Shown piece after piece: positions 10,976 through 21,793 of a stretch of DNA of 64,000 bases. The notes under the pieces were generated by a model, which worked only from the letters and a program-made list of their open reading frames with translations, made no database searches and was not told where the DNA came from. Within the stretch, counting starts at the first letter, position 1. Each line of letters opens with the position of its first letter. The position numbers and the translations under genes are program-made. Source of the stretch: Candidatus Kapaibacterium sp. (GTDB taxonomy: Bacteria > Bacteroidota > Ignavibacteria > Kapaibacteriales > UBA2268); the NCBI GenBank assembly GCA_963665665.1, contig OY762428.1:3328001-3392000 (forward strand), given 5' to 3'.

Positions 10976-13441
10976 CTAAATGCCGCCCTCGAAATTTGTA
11001 TCCGGGGCCTGTCCGTCCTGCCCGCGCCTGTCGGACTGATAATTATTAATTCGGTATGTCAGCGTTAGGGAGGCTACCGGTTGCTCAGGTGTGAAACCGC
11101 CGTAGGAATGAAGGTTCAGCGTCCTGTTATCGAAAACGTAATCTCCTGTGCTGAATATATCCCTGACGTTAAAGAGAAGCGAGAGCGACCTGTTGAAGAA
11201 GTCCTGCCTGATTGAAGCGCTCATTATGAAAACTTCCTCCTGCTCGCCGTCGGTGATGATCCTGGGGCCTGAGTAGTATCCGTTTAGCTGGAGTACCGTG
11301 GATTTTGAAAAATATACAGTTGCCATTCCGTTCAGGTCGGCTACATTTGTCTGGCGTGTATCAGTGCCGCCGAAATCATCTTTTTCAACAAGATTGTAAC
11401 TATAGTAATTACCTGCAACATAGAATCTCAGCCAATCAAAAGGTGTGGCGTTAACAGATATTTCACCACCGTAGAGATAATCTTTGTCATTGTTATCTGA
11501 TGTCAGAAGTATCCTGTTATCCGGGAGCAGAGTCATTGTTCTGCCAATCAGGTTGTTTGTCTGGCGGTAATATGTTTCAAGAGATATGAAAAATTTACCA
11601 AATCCGTCGCGATAGTTCAGTTCATATGAATCCGTAAACTGTGGTTTAAGATTCGGGTTGCCCTGGCTGATGTAATATTCATCAACGAAATCAGGATATG
11701 GATTCAGCTGCCTGTGATCAGGACGGTAAACTCTTCGGCTGTAGCTTGCCTGGAGTTGTCTTACCTGAGACATGGTCCATGTAAGGTGTGCCGATGGGAA
11801 CAGATTGAACTGATCGAAATCAAAATCCTGTCCGGTAGTTATCTGATGGAGATTCCTTTGGAAATGCTCGCCTCTTAATCCAACCATGAACCCAAGGTCT
11901 TCAATAATCTGGTCTGTATATGTAAGATAAAGTGAGTTTATATAATGGTCGTAATCAGATTCATTTGAATAATTATTATTAATATTCCATACTTCCTGTG
12001 AAGTATCGAAATCCTGGTAAATAAAATCGGATCCTTTGACGAAATAATCGCTTTGCGCACCTGCCTCAATCTTTCCAATTTCTTCGAAAGGAAGAGTATA
12101 GTCAATTTTATATCTAAGATTTGTTCCATCTGCCTCTGTTGCAGATTTGTTCTTGCGAAGAAGATCAACAATTTCAGAATGCCCCTGGTTGCTCTCGCTT
12201 CGGGCCGAACTTCCTTCGGCATCTGCCTGCCAATATGAATAGAGGAAATTTGTACTTATCTTTTGTCCTGCATCATTCAGGTTAATTTCATAGTTCAGGT
12301 ATGAGCTGATATAATTACCATCAACAATATAAAGGTCATCATTTTTGAAGTAGCTTCTGTCCTCATTAAAGGAATTCCACTCGGAATATTCCGTTGGCAT
12401 TATTCTGTCAAATCCGAAATAGCCGTAATCAACCTGTAGCTGCAGGGTGTTATTATCGTTAATATAATAATCGCCACCGCCACGGAGGTTATAGCCTTTG
12501 GAAAAATATGTGCGGTTCATCAGTGACTTTACAAGAAATGTCGTATCATTAGTTACTGTTTCGCGCATAAAATCGCTTACAGGGTGCATTCTTCGGCTGT
12601 TGTAGCTGAATGCCATATTCGTGCTGTAAACAGAATTGCGGTAATTGGAATTCAGGCTTGCAGAATATTTATCCCTTGTTGCGCTTGTCATATTCAGAAG
12701 TCCGCTGAACCCTGACAGCTCATCGCTCTTGGTTATAAGGTTCAGAATACCGGAAACGCCGTCGGGATCGTATTTTGCAGAAGGATTGGTAATGATCTCG
12801 ATACTTTGCAGGGATTCTGCCGGAAGCTGCTGCAACAGATCTTTAGCTGACATCATGGTAGGCTTACCGTCAACAAGGAGAGTAAAGTTCTGGCTGCCCC
12901 GCAGGTATATATTACCGTCAATATCCATCCTGACAGAAGGCACTTTTTCGAGCGCTTCAGCGGCAGTAGCTCCTTTGGCAGCGTCGGATTCCTTGAGGTT
13001 GATAACTTTTTTATCAATTTCATAAGAAACTATATCTTTTTCAGCTTCAACTTTTACCCCCTCCGTTTCGACAATATTCGCCGATAGATGGATTTCCCCC
13101 ACATCCAGCTTCGTCCGGCCGGCCATATTTATACCTTCTTTGAAAAAGGGTTTGTAGCCAATGAAATGTGCCTTCAGCCTGTATTGTACCGGCGGGACAT
13201 TTTCCACCGTAAACAAACCGTCCTTGTCGGTTATAGCCCCGGTAACAACTATAGTATCGCGATAGAGAAGGGATATAGTGGTATATGGAAGCGGCTTGCC
13301 GGTTTCTTTGTCAAGCACTTTGCCTGTAACTTTGCCGTTGTATTTGGGGCGGCCCCCCTGGCCTGTGGATGGGTAAGTGATTGCGGCCAATAAGATTATA
13401 AGAAGTGAAATTCTTAAAAAGTTGATCATGTCAAAAAACAT
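10976..13441 (-). CDS. TonB-dependent receptor-like outer-membrane protein
   Basis: Carboxypeptidase-regulatory-like N-terminus; plug IEIITNPSAKYDPDG; GNPNLKP barrel motif. Confidence 0.85.
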   Translation of the reverse strand: MFFDMINFLRISLLIILLAAITYPSTGQGGRPKYNGKVTGKVLDKETGKPLPYTTISLLYRDTIVVTGAITDKDGLFTVENVPPVQYRLKAHFIGYKPFFKEGINMAGRTKLDVGEIHLSANIVETEGVKVEAEKDIVSYEIDKKVINLKESDAAKGATAAEALEKVPSVRMDIDGNIYLRGSQNFTLLVDGKPTMMSAKDLLQQLPAESLQSIEIITNPSAKYDPDGVSGILNLITKSDELSGFSGLLNMTSATRDKYSASLNSNYRNSVYSTNMAFSYNSRRMHPVSDFMRETVTNDTTFLVKSLMNRTYFSKGYNLRGGGDYYINDNNTLQLQVDYGYFGFDRIMPTEYSEWNSFNEDRSYFKNDDLYIVDGNYISSYLNYEINLNDAGQKISTNFLYSYWQADAEGSSARSESNQGHSEIVDLLRKNKSATEADGTNLRYKIDYTLPFEEIGKIEAGAQSDYFVKGSDFIYQDFDTSQEVWNINNNYSNESDYDHYINSLYLTYTDQIIEDLGFMVGLRGEHFQRNLHQITTGQDFDFDQFNLFPSAHLTWTMSQVRQLQASYSRRVYRPDHRQLNPYPDFVDEYYISQGNPNLKPQFTDSYELNYRDGFGKFFISLETYYRQTNNLIGRTMTLLPDNRILLTSDNNDKDYLYGGEISVNATPFDWLRFYVAGNYYSYNLVEKDDFGGTDTRQTNVADLNGMATVYFSKSTVLQLNGYYSGPRIITDGEQEEVFIMSASIRQDFFNRSLSLLFNVRDIFSTGDYVFDNRTLNLHSYGGFTPEQPVASLTLTYRINNYQSDRRGQDGQAPDTNFEGGI

Positions 13442-13647
13442 CCTGAAAGTGAAACAATACAGATAATACGCTTAACAAATTTATCAGTTTCACAAATTGC
13501 TGATAAATGTGCAAATATTATTAGGCTTAGCTAATCATATTCTTTGATATGTAAATATTGCTTGCAGATAAGAAAAAATTAATATATATTGAACTATTGA
13601 TAGAAATATTATTGTTACACAATTTTTGTAAAGCAGGAGGATATTTG

Positions 13648-14187
13648 ATGAAGAAATTTTTTGCACTTTTCGTAGCAGCGCTACTTTTTGTAGCGGTAAC
13701 AGACAGCCACGCACAGAAAGCATTCAAAAACCCGATGTACCTTGGTGGTGAAGTAGGTATTTCAATGCCACTGGGTGATTTTGGCGACGGCGTTAACATG
13801 GGATTCGGCCTGAATGCCACATTCCAGTACTACTTCCAGAGGAATATGTCAATTGTCGGTTTTCTTGGTTATTGGTCATACGGAACAGATTCTGATGACT
13901 TGACAATTTCAAATATACCTTTCGGAGCCGGTTTTAGATATGAATTCGCCGGAGGTAATATTGTACCATTTATTGGCGGCGATTTATGCTTCAACAATGC
14001 AACAATTAAATACGACAGCGAGTATGGAGAATGGGATGATTCCGAATTGAAATTCGGATTTGCACCCGCAGGCGGTATTATTGTAAAAATGAGTCCGAAT
14101 ATGGATCTGGTTGGAACAGCAAGATTTAATATCATTTCTGATATGAATAACTTTCAGATTACAGGCGGCCTCAGGTTCAGAATGTAA
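13648..14187 (+). CDS. Small outer-membrane beta-barrel protein
   Basis: AGGAGG SD before ATG 13648; signal peptide; amphipathic strands; GGLRFRM end. Confidence 0.8.
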   Translation: MKKFFALFVAALLFVAVTDSHAQKAFKNPMYLGGEVGISMPLGDFGDGVNMGFGLNATFQYYFQRNMSIVGFLGYWSYGTDSDDLTISNIPFGAGFRYEFAGGNIVPFIGGDLCFNNATIKYDSEYGEWDDSELKFGFAPAGGIIVKMSPNMDLVGTARFNIISDMNNFQITGGLRFRM

Positions 14188-14210
14188 TTTTGAAAAATAA
14201 ATTTAAATTA

Positions 14211-14240
14211 GAAAGCTCCGCTTTGCTGCGGGGCTTTTTA
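14211..14240. terminator. Intrinsic terminator
   Basis: AAAGCTCCGC...GCGGGGCTTTT. Confidence 0.65.
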
Positions 14241-14292
14241 ATTCCGGGAGCTGTACGCCCCCGGTTTTTTATAATTTAAAAAAATGAACAAA

Positions 14293-15048
14293 TTACAGTT
14301 CCGCTGCAACGAGCATTTCGTAGTTATCTGTTGTAAGCGGCCGTCCGCGCTCGTAAATGCCAATGTCGCAGCCCATAATATCAATATTCCTGAAATCAAG
14401 TGTTTTCAGCAACCATGTAATCTCTGACGGAGCGTAGTAACGTTCATTACAGTCAACTCTATGCTTATTTCCGTCGTCGTCAGTGAATTCCAGGTCGGAA
14501 TAATCCCTGAAGGTCATAATATTGAAATTACTTTCAAAAGTAGTACCGTCAAGCAGATTCTTATCATGAAAATCCTTTACGGAATGATATAATGGAAATA
14601 AAGCGCTCAGGCATGTAAAAATATACTTCCCGCCATCTTTCAGATGCTTCCTGCTATTACTCAGAATTGCAAAATTCATCTCGTCTGTTTCCATCAGTGA
14701 AAATCCACCTTCGCAAAGCATTATAGCAAAATCAAACTTCCTGCCGAGCGAAAACTCCCTGGCGTCAGCCTGAATGAAATCAATCTTCAGCCCGGCGTTT
14801 TGTGCTTTTTCTCTTGCTTTTTGCAACTGGTTTTCCGAAAGATCGATACCTGTTACATTATAGCCCCTTTTTGCAAGTTCAATAGAATGCCTGCCGGTTC
14901 CGCAGCCGACGTCGAGGATTGTTTTGCTTTTGTCAAAATTCAGTTCTTTCTCCAGAAAATCGCATTCGCCGATAGTTCCCTGTGTAAAAAATTCTTTGTC
15001 GTATGTGTTTGAGTAGTTTTCGAACAATTGTTCATACCATTTTTTCAA
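14293..15048 (-). CDS. Class I SAM-dependent methyltransferase
   Basis: ILDVGCGTGRH, VTGIDLS, FIQADAR. Confidence 0.9.
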   Translation of the reverse strand: MKKWYEQLFENYSNTYDKEFFTQGTIGECDFLEKELNFDKSKTILDVGCGTGRHSIELAKRGYNVTGIDLSENQLQKAREKAQNAGLKIDFIQADAREFSLGRKFDFAIMLCEGGFSLMETDEMNFAILSNSRKHLKDGGKYIFTCLSALFPLYHSVKDFHDKNLLDGTTFESNFNIMTFRDYSDLEFTDDDGNKHRVDCNERYYAPSEITWLLKTLDFRNIDIMGCDIGIYERGRPLTTDNYEMLVAAEL

Positions 15049-15319
15049 TGTTCTGTCCTAAATAAAATTTTATAATATGAAATAAATTCAACTACCGCGG
15101 GAGCCGTATATGGAGATAAAAAAATTAGAGGAGTTACATCATGGGTTTTGATGATTCCTTATAATTTATCCCGGCAAAAACTAAACAAAGCTCCCTGGTA
15201 ATACCGGAGCCGCTAAAGCGTTTTAAGTTTTTCGGAATAAATTATGCTACCGTCATCAAAATCGTTGTTAGTGAAACATGTTATTTATCATGTTAAAATC
15301 AATTGTTACAAATATAAAT

Positions 15320-15350
15320 AAAAAAGCCCCGGAAACCGAGGCTTTTTTTT
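15320..15350. terminator. Bidirectional intrinsic terminator
   Basis: A-run GCCCCGG AAA CCGAGGC T-run. Confidence 0.65.
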
Positions 15351-15376
15351 CAAAGTAATATATGCATAAAGTGATA

Positions 15377-16162
15377 TTAACCTTCTGTATCATCTTCTGT
15401 GGTTTCGAAGCAAGGGCCTTCAAGCTGTGCATACCATTCGTTGAATGCAGCCTGTTCTTCACTTCCGTCTTCAAACATATCGTCAATAGCTGTCAGAAGT
15501 GTATCCAGGCAGTCGCAATAAGCTTCCTGATCGAAAATTTCCATCATTCTTTCTTTTACTGTTTCATGAAGTTCAATCAGGTCCGCGCGAAGTTCTTCTT
15601 TTGTATATTCGCCGGTTTCATCATTGCGGTACTGTTCAATCAAAGCTTTGCGCTGTGCATTTGCCCATTGCATAATTTCCATTCTGTCTTCCATTGATTC
15701 CTGGAATACTTCCCACCTGCATTTGAAATAAGCGCTCATATATTCTTTTACTGCTGTCATCTGTGTTTCGTCAAGATCAAGATTACGAAGCAGGCTGCCA
15801 AGGAAAATACCTGTACGTTTGTGCCTGAAGTCGTTATCTTTTCTGCCTCTGTCATCACGTCCGCCTTTGTCGTCGCGTCCGTGCCTGTCCATCATAACAA
15901 CTGAATAGCTGTCATTTTTCAGTGAAAATTCCAAACCAGTATCGCCGGCCTGAAAATCAAGGATTTCTTCAGCTGCGTCCATTACAAAGAAATTATCAGA
16001 ATCATAATTCACCTGAATTGATTCCACATCACCAGTAGTATCAAGATCGCTGATTACATCTTCGCAGGCTGTGAAGCCGATCATCAGAATCACGGCGAAA
16101 AATGCCGTTACCGCTTTTTGCCAGTTAAATTTTCTCATTGTGAACCTTTCAAAATTAAACAT
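15377..16162 (-). CDS. Acidic helical lipoprotein (Spy/CpxP-like region)
   Basis: Lipobox TAC; LRNLDLDETQ resembles LTxxQ; low-complexity GRDD repeats. Confidence 0.55.
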   Translation of the reverse strand: MFNFERFTMRKFNWQKAVTAFFAVILMIGFTACEDVISDLDTTGDVESIQVNYDSDNFFVMDAAEEILDFQAGDTGLEFSLKNDSYSVVMMDRHGRDDKGGRDDRGRKDNDFRHKRTGIFLGSLLRNLDLDETQMTAVKEYMSAYFKCRWEVFQESMEDRMEIMQWANAQRKALIEQYRNDETGEYTKEELRADLIELHETVKERMMEIFDQEAYCDCLDTLLTAIDDMFEDGSEEQAAFNEWYAQLEGPCFETTEDDTEG

Positions 16163-16577
16163 TTATGATTACAGGGTGTTTTCCATTTTTATTATCACCG
16201 TCTTAGAAACAATTACACTACTCAGTAATATTTGTTAGAAAAAATATTTTAAAAATTTTACATAATATCAACTTCTTAAAGTTATCAGACAAAGATAATA
16301 CTAAATGGTTTAATATTAAAAACACAAAATAATTTTAAAATTTCCCCATTTGGCATTATCATTACATTCAAGATTAATAATTATATCTTTTGTAGATAAA
16401 ATAGTATTTCATGTGCAAACATTTTTACCGAAGCTTCGCTTCAACAAAAAAAAATAATAAAACTTTCCTGCGTCTTTTTGCCTTTTCATGTGTTTTAATA
16501 ATGAAAAGGAATTATGGTTTATTGTCAATGGAAACATTTATTCAATACCGTTAACAATAATTAAATAGGGAAATATC

Positions 16578-17196
16578 ATGAAAAAGATAATTTTATAAAT
16601 CATTTTGTTTATTGGCATTTTTAGCAATTTATATTCATCTGAGGCTATACAATGGGTTAATTATAATTTTGATCTTTGCGGCTTACCTGATAATAGACTT
16701 TCCACTATAATAGCAGAAAAAGACACTCTATGGATTGTATCAGCAGTAGCCATGGGGATTTTTTAAATACGATGGTTCTGATTTTGAACGATTTTATAAA
16801 GAAAATTCAGGACTGCCAACAAACGGTGTTACCTGTATAACAATTGATGATGCCGGAAATAAATGGATAGGAACAGCATACAATGGAGTTGTTGTTTACC
16901 GCGAGGGTGGGGTAATTCTTGGCGTGGAAGAGGGCGGCAGCCTTGCAGGAAAAACAGCCCCCAACCCGGCGGAGCAAACCGTTAATATTGAATATTCCCT
17001 TGCCACTTCCGGAAATGTAAGCATTGATGTTTATTCTTCTGCAGGCAGCCCGGCAGGCAGCTATGACGCAGGCTGGCAGGAAGAGGGCGGCAATAATTAT
17101 ATCATTCCTCTTTCAAATTTCCCGTCCGGCTCTTATTATTATAAAGTTCGCTGCGGCAAACAGCTCGTGAACGGTAGCTTTATAGTAAGGAAGTAG
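16578..17196 (+). pseudogene. Disrupted T9SS cargo (two-component-regulator-type propeller repeats plus C-terminal sorting domain)
   Basis: MKKIIL then in-frame TAA; frameshift near 16755; NSGLPTNGVTCITIDDAGNKWIGT; APNPA...SGSYYY CTD. Confidence 0.75.
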
Positions 17197-17341
17197 GGTT
17201 TTAAACCTTCTCTAAATCTCCTCCTACGGAGCTAAAAACAAATATTAACACTTTCGGCGACGGGCTTCCATCGGATCCCGACAAACCCACGATAAATCGG
17301 GTCAGGCCCAGGAAAGTCCGGGTTTGCGGATGTCAAACACT

Positions 17342-17435
17342 ATAATATTTCATTGTTCAGATATATTGATATGGCAAAATTATTAATAATTCCGACATAT
17401 TGATCTACGGTTTTGTGCTAATAAATCGTTGATTT
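17342..17435 (+). repeat. Dispersed ~75-bp intergenic element, copy B
   Basis: Aligns with 1156-1229 and 34404-34476. Confidence 0.65.
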
Positions 17436-17533
17436 TTCCTACACTGGTCTGGAATTCTGATATTTTGTGGTTAAGTAACAAAAAAACCCTCCTTTAATCG
17501 GGAGGGTTTAATTATTCAATTTTTATGAGCAAA

Positions 17534-19744
17534 TCAATCTTTGGCTTTATTCAAAGGCAGTGTAATCATTACAAGGTTGCCTTCGTTGCCGCCGAATGTT
17601 TCGACTTTTATTGTACCGTTCATCATCCTGATATTTGACGAAGCCTTGGACAGCCTTAGCAGAATATCTTTCTTATCTTCTTTCAGGCCGTCAATAAGGG
17701 AGTTGATATTTTTCTTATAAACTTCTATCACACCTTCAACAAGTTCGTTACCTTCTTCAAAAATTTGAATTTCTGTAGCGCCTTCGTATGGATTTTCCTG
17801 GGCGGTTACCTGTATCATTGACTTATCTTTTCCTTCGGAAAGAGCATAATATATCTCTGAGAAAGTTTCGGTAAGCCTTGCCTTGTCGGCAACAGCCCCG
17901 GGATCGCCGCCTTCGTCCATAAGTTGAACATCAACCTGGCGTTCAATTTCCTGTTTCTCGAATTTATTGCCCAGCAGGTTCTGAGATTCAGATATAATAT
18001 TTTTCATCTTGACGAGAGAAAGCTCTGCTGATTCTTCCTCATCGCTGGCACTGGCCACATCGTCAATATCAGAAACGAATGTAAACAACTCCTCGGAACT
18101 CTTTTCGGCTTCGGATACGAACAGGTCATGTTCTTCTTCACTATCCCAGATTTTTGCAGATAGCAACTGCAGGTAACCCACAATACCGGTCAGGGAGTTC
18201 CTTAACTGGTGGCTGAGTTTTATCATAAAGTAGGATTTGAAAGCACTGGCCTCGCGGGTGAACTGGTCGGCAAGCTGATTTTGCTTGCGCCTGAGTTTGG
18301 CTTCTTCTTCAGCAAGTTTTTCAAGAGTTACATCACGGCCTATACAGTAAATGAGTTCATCCTCGGCCGAGTAAGTAAAGCTCCAGTCAATCCATTTATT
18401 CTCGCCACTAACAGATTTCATAAGGTAAACCTGGCGGATTGTCTGTTCTTCGCCGTTGCCAGTCATTACAGAAGCGAATTTTTTCCTGTCATCATCATCA
18501 ATGAACAGTTTGTCAATATTGTCGCCGATCATTTGTGCAGGATCAAGTTCAAATATTGTTTCCGATGCCGGGTTCATTGATTTCCAATTACCCTGCATAT
18601 CCAGTACGGAAATAATATCTTTTGAAGATTCAACAATACGCCTCTGAGATCTTGTCATTCTTTCTGCCAATTCAACAGCTCGTGCTTTCCTGGTAATAAC
18701 TGACAGCACGAATCCAAAGAACGCAAAGCTGATCAGGAGTGAAATAGCCAGTATAACATAAGGAAGTGACTGCTGGAAAGAACCTCCGAAATCCGGTATG
18801 GATGCGAACCTGACAAGCATATTCCTGTCTGCTACCTTCAGGACTTTTTCATTCATGAAAAGCGGAATACTTCCTTGCTTTTCTTCATCAATATTTTCTG
18901 ATTCATATACAATGTTCTCATCGCCGCTTCCCTTCAGGTCAATTACGCGGAACGTAATACTGGTGTCAGAAGCAACTCCCGAACCAAGAGCCATTTTGAA
19001 GAAAACAGGGGAATCAATTTCCAGGAGCAGTGCCCCGAGATAATTTTTTCTTCTGGATTCAACATCATTTGCAAGAGAATCTTTATAGTAAACAGGGGAT
19101 ATAAGGTAAAAACCGCTTGTATCAGGCTGCCTGATAGTATATACTTCCGTTGCCACCGTCATATTGCTGTCCCGTGCTTTGATAATAGCATTCCATGCAA
19201 TAGAATCAGTAGCATAATCAGTACCGTGCCTGTGCATATTCTTTTCAAGAGGAACAATATATTCAATAGGCATATAAAACGGCCTTACACCATCCGGCCT
19301 GAGTTGGAAATCATAGTAACCCTCGGATCGAACATAATAAACAAAATCATCGTACCAACTGTTTTCTACATAGGGGGCATAGGCGATGGTCAGGATAGAA
19401 GGATATGCCCTGATTGGTATCGAGGCATTAAGCTCGAAAATATCCCTGTTAACCTCTATATGCTCAAAATATAGATTGTTCATTGAAGTATGAACTTTTT
19501 TATCATCCTGAAATTTATAGTTGAGCCTTGTCATAACAGAAGTTACAGCTTTATCAAAAGCCTGCTGCCCGTCGCTTCGAACTTTCTGGTCCATAAGATA
19601 CCATGCTGCTATACTTGCAAGTATGGTTACCAGTAAAATAATATATGCAGGGTAAGTTTTTGATAAACTGAAAACGCCTTTTTTTTGCTTTGATGCCTGC
19701 TGAAGAATTGATTCGTAACTAAAATCAATTTTGTTGTCTGCCAT
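17534..19744 (-). CDS. CHASE-PAS sensor histidine-kinase-like protein with degenerate HATPase domain
   Basis: Two TM helices around a CHASE-like domain; PAS; H-box SHQLRNSLTGI. Confidence 0.8.
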   Translation of the reverse strand: MADNKIDFSYESILQQASKQKKGVFSLSKTYPAYIILLVTILASIAAWYLMDQKVRSDGQQAFDKAVTSVMTRLNYKFQDDKKVHTSMNNLYFEHIEVNRDIFELNASIPIRAYPSILTIAYAPYVENSWYDDFVYYVRSEGYYDFQLRPDGVRPFYMPIEYIVPLEKNMHRHGTDYATDSIAWNAIIKARDSNMTVATEVYTIRQPDTSGFYLISPVYYKDSLANDVESRRKNYLGALLLEIDSPVFFKMALGSGVASDTSITFRVIDLKGSGDENIVYESENIDEEKQGSIPLFMNEKVLKVADRNMLVRFASIPDFGGSFQQSLPYVILAISLLISFAFFGFVLSVITRKARAVELAERMTRSQRRIVESSKDIISVLDMQGNWKSMNPASETIFELDPAQMIGDNIDKLFIDDDDRKKFASVMTGNGEEQTIRQVYLMKSVSGENKWIDWSFTYSAEDELIYCIGRDVTLEKLAEEEAKLRRKQNQLADQFTREASAFKSYFMIKLSHQLRNSLTGIVGYLQLLSAKIWDSEEEHDLFVSEAEKSSEELFTFVSDIDDVASASDEEESAELSLVKMKNIISESQNLLGNKFEKQEIERQVDVQLMDEGGDPGAVADKARLTETFSEIYYALSEGKDKSMIQVTAQENPYEGATEIQIFEEGNELVEGVIEVYKKNINSLIDGLKEDKKDILLRLSKASSNIRMMNGTIKVETFGGNEGNLVMITLPLNKAKD

Positions 19745-19768
19745 TGTGACTCCAAAATGGAATATTCA

Positions 19769-20152
19769 TTAACTGTTTTTCTCGTTGATAACATCCTGAA
19801 CCTGCTGTGCGAAAGTAGCGGTATTGATTGGTTTGGGGATATAAGAATCAAATCCCATCTGCAGATATTTATCCCTGTCGCCTGCTTTTGCAAAGCCTGT
19901 AACAGCAATTATCGTAACATCACTTCCCCCATCAATAGCACGGATATACTCAAGTATTTCTGATCCGTTCAGGTCGGGAAGCAAAATATCAACAATCAAT
20001 GCTTTGGGGAGATTTTCCTTTAACCATTCCAAAGAACTTTTTCCATCTCCGAAATCAATTGTATCATATCCGCTTTTTTTCAGAACTGTGCACAACAGTT
20101 TACGAATCGGCCCGTTATCTTCAATTACACAAATCTTTTCTGTCTTGTTCAT
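19769..20152 (-). CDS. Single-domain response regulator
   Basis: VIEDN, IVDILLPDLNG, IAVTG, YIPKP. Confidence 0.92.
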   Translation of the reverse strand: MNKTEKICVIEDNGPIRKLLCTVLKKSGYDTIDFGDGKSSLEWLKENLPKALIVDILLPDLNGSEILEYIRAIDGGSDVTIIAVTGFAKAGDRDKYLQMGFDSYIPKPINTATFAQQVQDVINEKNS

Positions 20153-20186
20153 TTGATTCTCTGATTTATATTTATAATGCTAACTA

Positions 20187-21590
20187 TCAATTTTCAACAA
20201 CAACAATTTCAACTCTACGGTTCTTTTGGCGTCCTTCTTCAGTATCATTCCTCGCTATAGGCTGCGTAGCACCCCTTCCGGTTGAAAGAATCCTTCTTCT
20301 GGGTATGCCTTTACTAACTAAATAATCCTTTACTTTCTGAGCTCTTTCCCTGGACCTGCTAAAATTCTGGGCAGTTGTTCCTGAGTTGTCCGAGTAACCA
20401 ACTATCCTGACCTCGAAAGACGGATTTGACTTTACTGTTTCAGCAACTTTATCTAAATAAACTTCCAGATCGCTATACAATTCAGTATCCGAAGGCCTTT
20501 GGTATGGAAATCTCTCTGTTTTGTTTGTTTCTAAAGCAATTTCTTCTCCTGGTTCGGCTTCTTCTGCCGGTAATTCAGGTTTTTCTGCTACTTCACCGGC
20601 GATCATAACGTCGGGAGGTGGTATATTTATTACGGCAGCAATAGGTTCCTTACGCTCAAAACCAGGGAAATTTACATCCCGTTCTTCGTCGAGCGAAGCA
20701 AGAATTTCTTCAGGAGCAACGTAATCCGGATTGAAGAACAATGTGTCCTCCCTGATGATATCCGGCCCGAATTTTATAGCCATGCCTGCCCTGAAAGTTA
20801 CTGCATTCCATGAAGAATTAAAATCAGATAAAATTGATGTGCCGGTGTGAATTGAAATATAGGGCGTAAGGTTTACCCTGATACGGTTATTAATATCAGC
20901 AATGTATATATCCCATCCTCCACCAAGATGCAAACCTAAACGTGTATTTATATCTGAAAGAGGCAGCTTCCAATCCTGAAGAATATCTCCTGAATTAACA
21001 AAAGTATGCCTTAGACGCGAATCATTGCCGATGCTGAACTCAAGATCGAGGCCACCAAATGCATGAAGGCCTTCGATACCTAAATTATATCTTACAGATG
21101 GTGATATACTCAGGTGAGTGAACGACATTATTGCCTGGTATTTCAAATCAAGTGTGTCCAGATGAGGAGGGTCGAATTCAGTCTGTGATGTACGGTAGTC
21201 GTAGAAATAAACCTTGAGCGCTCCGGCCCAATGCTTAAGCGGCGGAAGATACTCTACCATGAAACCAATATGAAGCCCGCTTCCCCCGCCATTAGGAAAA
21301 TTCATTAAGGGGTTTGTCTCATCTGATGGCCTGAGCGGGTTGGTTGGGATTTTAAGATCGTTGAAATAGTACTGGAAATTTGGCCCGGCCATAAAACCAA
21401 ACCAATAATCTCCTGCTCTGCGGTTTATTACCACAGTATCTTCTCTCGGAGTGATATACTCGTAATCAATTTCCCCTGCCGGTGCCTGTCCTTTGGCTGG
21501 CATTAAAGAAATTATTGGGAAAAAGAGAATTAATCCATATATTAAAAGTTTGCTCAAAATCGGTTTATCCAAAAACAGACTAAATTTCAA
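20187..21590 (-). CDS. OmpA-family outer-membrane protein
   Basis: GYSDNSG...SRERAQKVKDYL...GRQKNRRVEI. Confidence 0.88.
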   Translation of the reverse strand: MKFSLFLDKPILSKLLIYGLILFFPIISLMPAKGQAPAGEIDYEYITPREDTVVINRRAGDYWFGFMAGPNFQYYFNDLKIPTNPLRPSDETNPLMNFPNGGGSGLHIGFMVEYLPPLKHWAGALKVYFYDYRTSQTEFDPPHLDTLDLKYQAIMSFTHLSISPSVRYNLGIEGLHAFGGLDLEFSIGNDSRLRHTFVNSGDILQDWKLPLSDINTRLGLHLGGGWDIYIADINNRIRVNLTPYISIHTGTSILSDFNSSWNAVTFRAGMAIKFGPDIIREDTLFFNPDYVAPEEILASLDEERDVNFPGFERKEPIAAVINIPPPDVMIAGEVAEKPELPAEEAEPGEEIALETNKTERFPYQRPSDTELYSDLEVYLDKVAETVKSNPSFEVRIVGYSDNSGTTAQNFSRSRERAQKVKDYLVSKGIPRRRILSTGRGATQPIARNDTEEGRQKNRRVEIVVVEN

Positions 21591-21793
21591 TTACAATTTC
21601 TTCCAATTTCTTAAATAACATATTTTGCTGAATATCAAAAATATTATTACCAATAAAGCATATTAAAGTAATTTTGATATAAATTATAAATAATTCAACG
21701 GAGATTTAAAAAATATAATGCTGATATCCTTATATAATTTGTTAACAAAATTTTGTATACAATGAGTTAAAAGATAAAGTGAAAATTCCTTAT

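Noticed and set aside
16596-16598. Stop-codon recoding in the T9SS propeller gene
   Set aside because: The stop is TAA, which ends many genes here, and a separate frameshift follows; pseudogenisation is simpler
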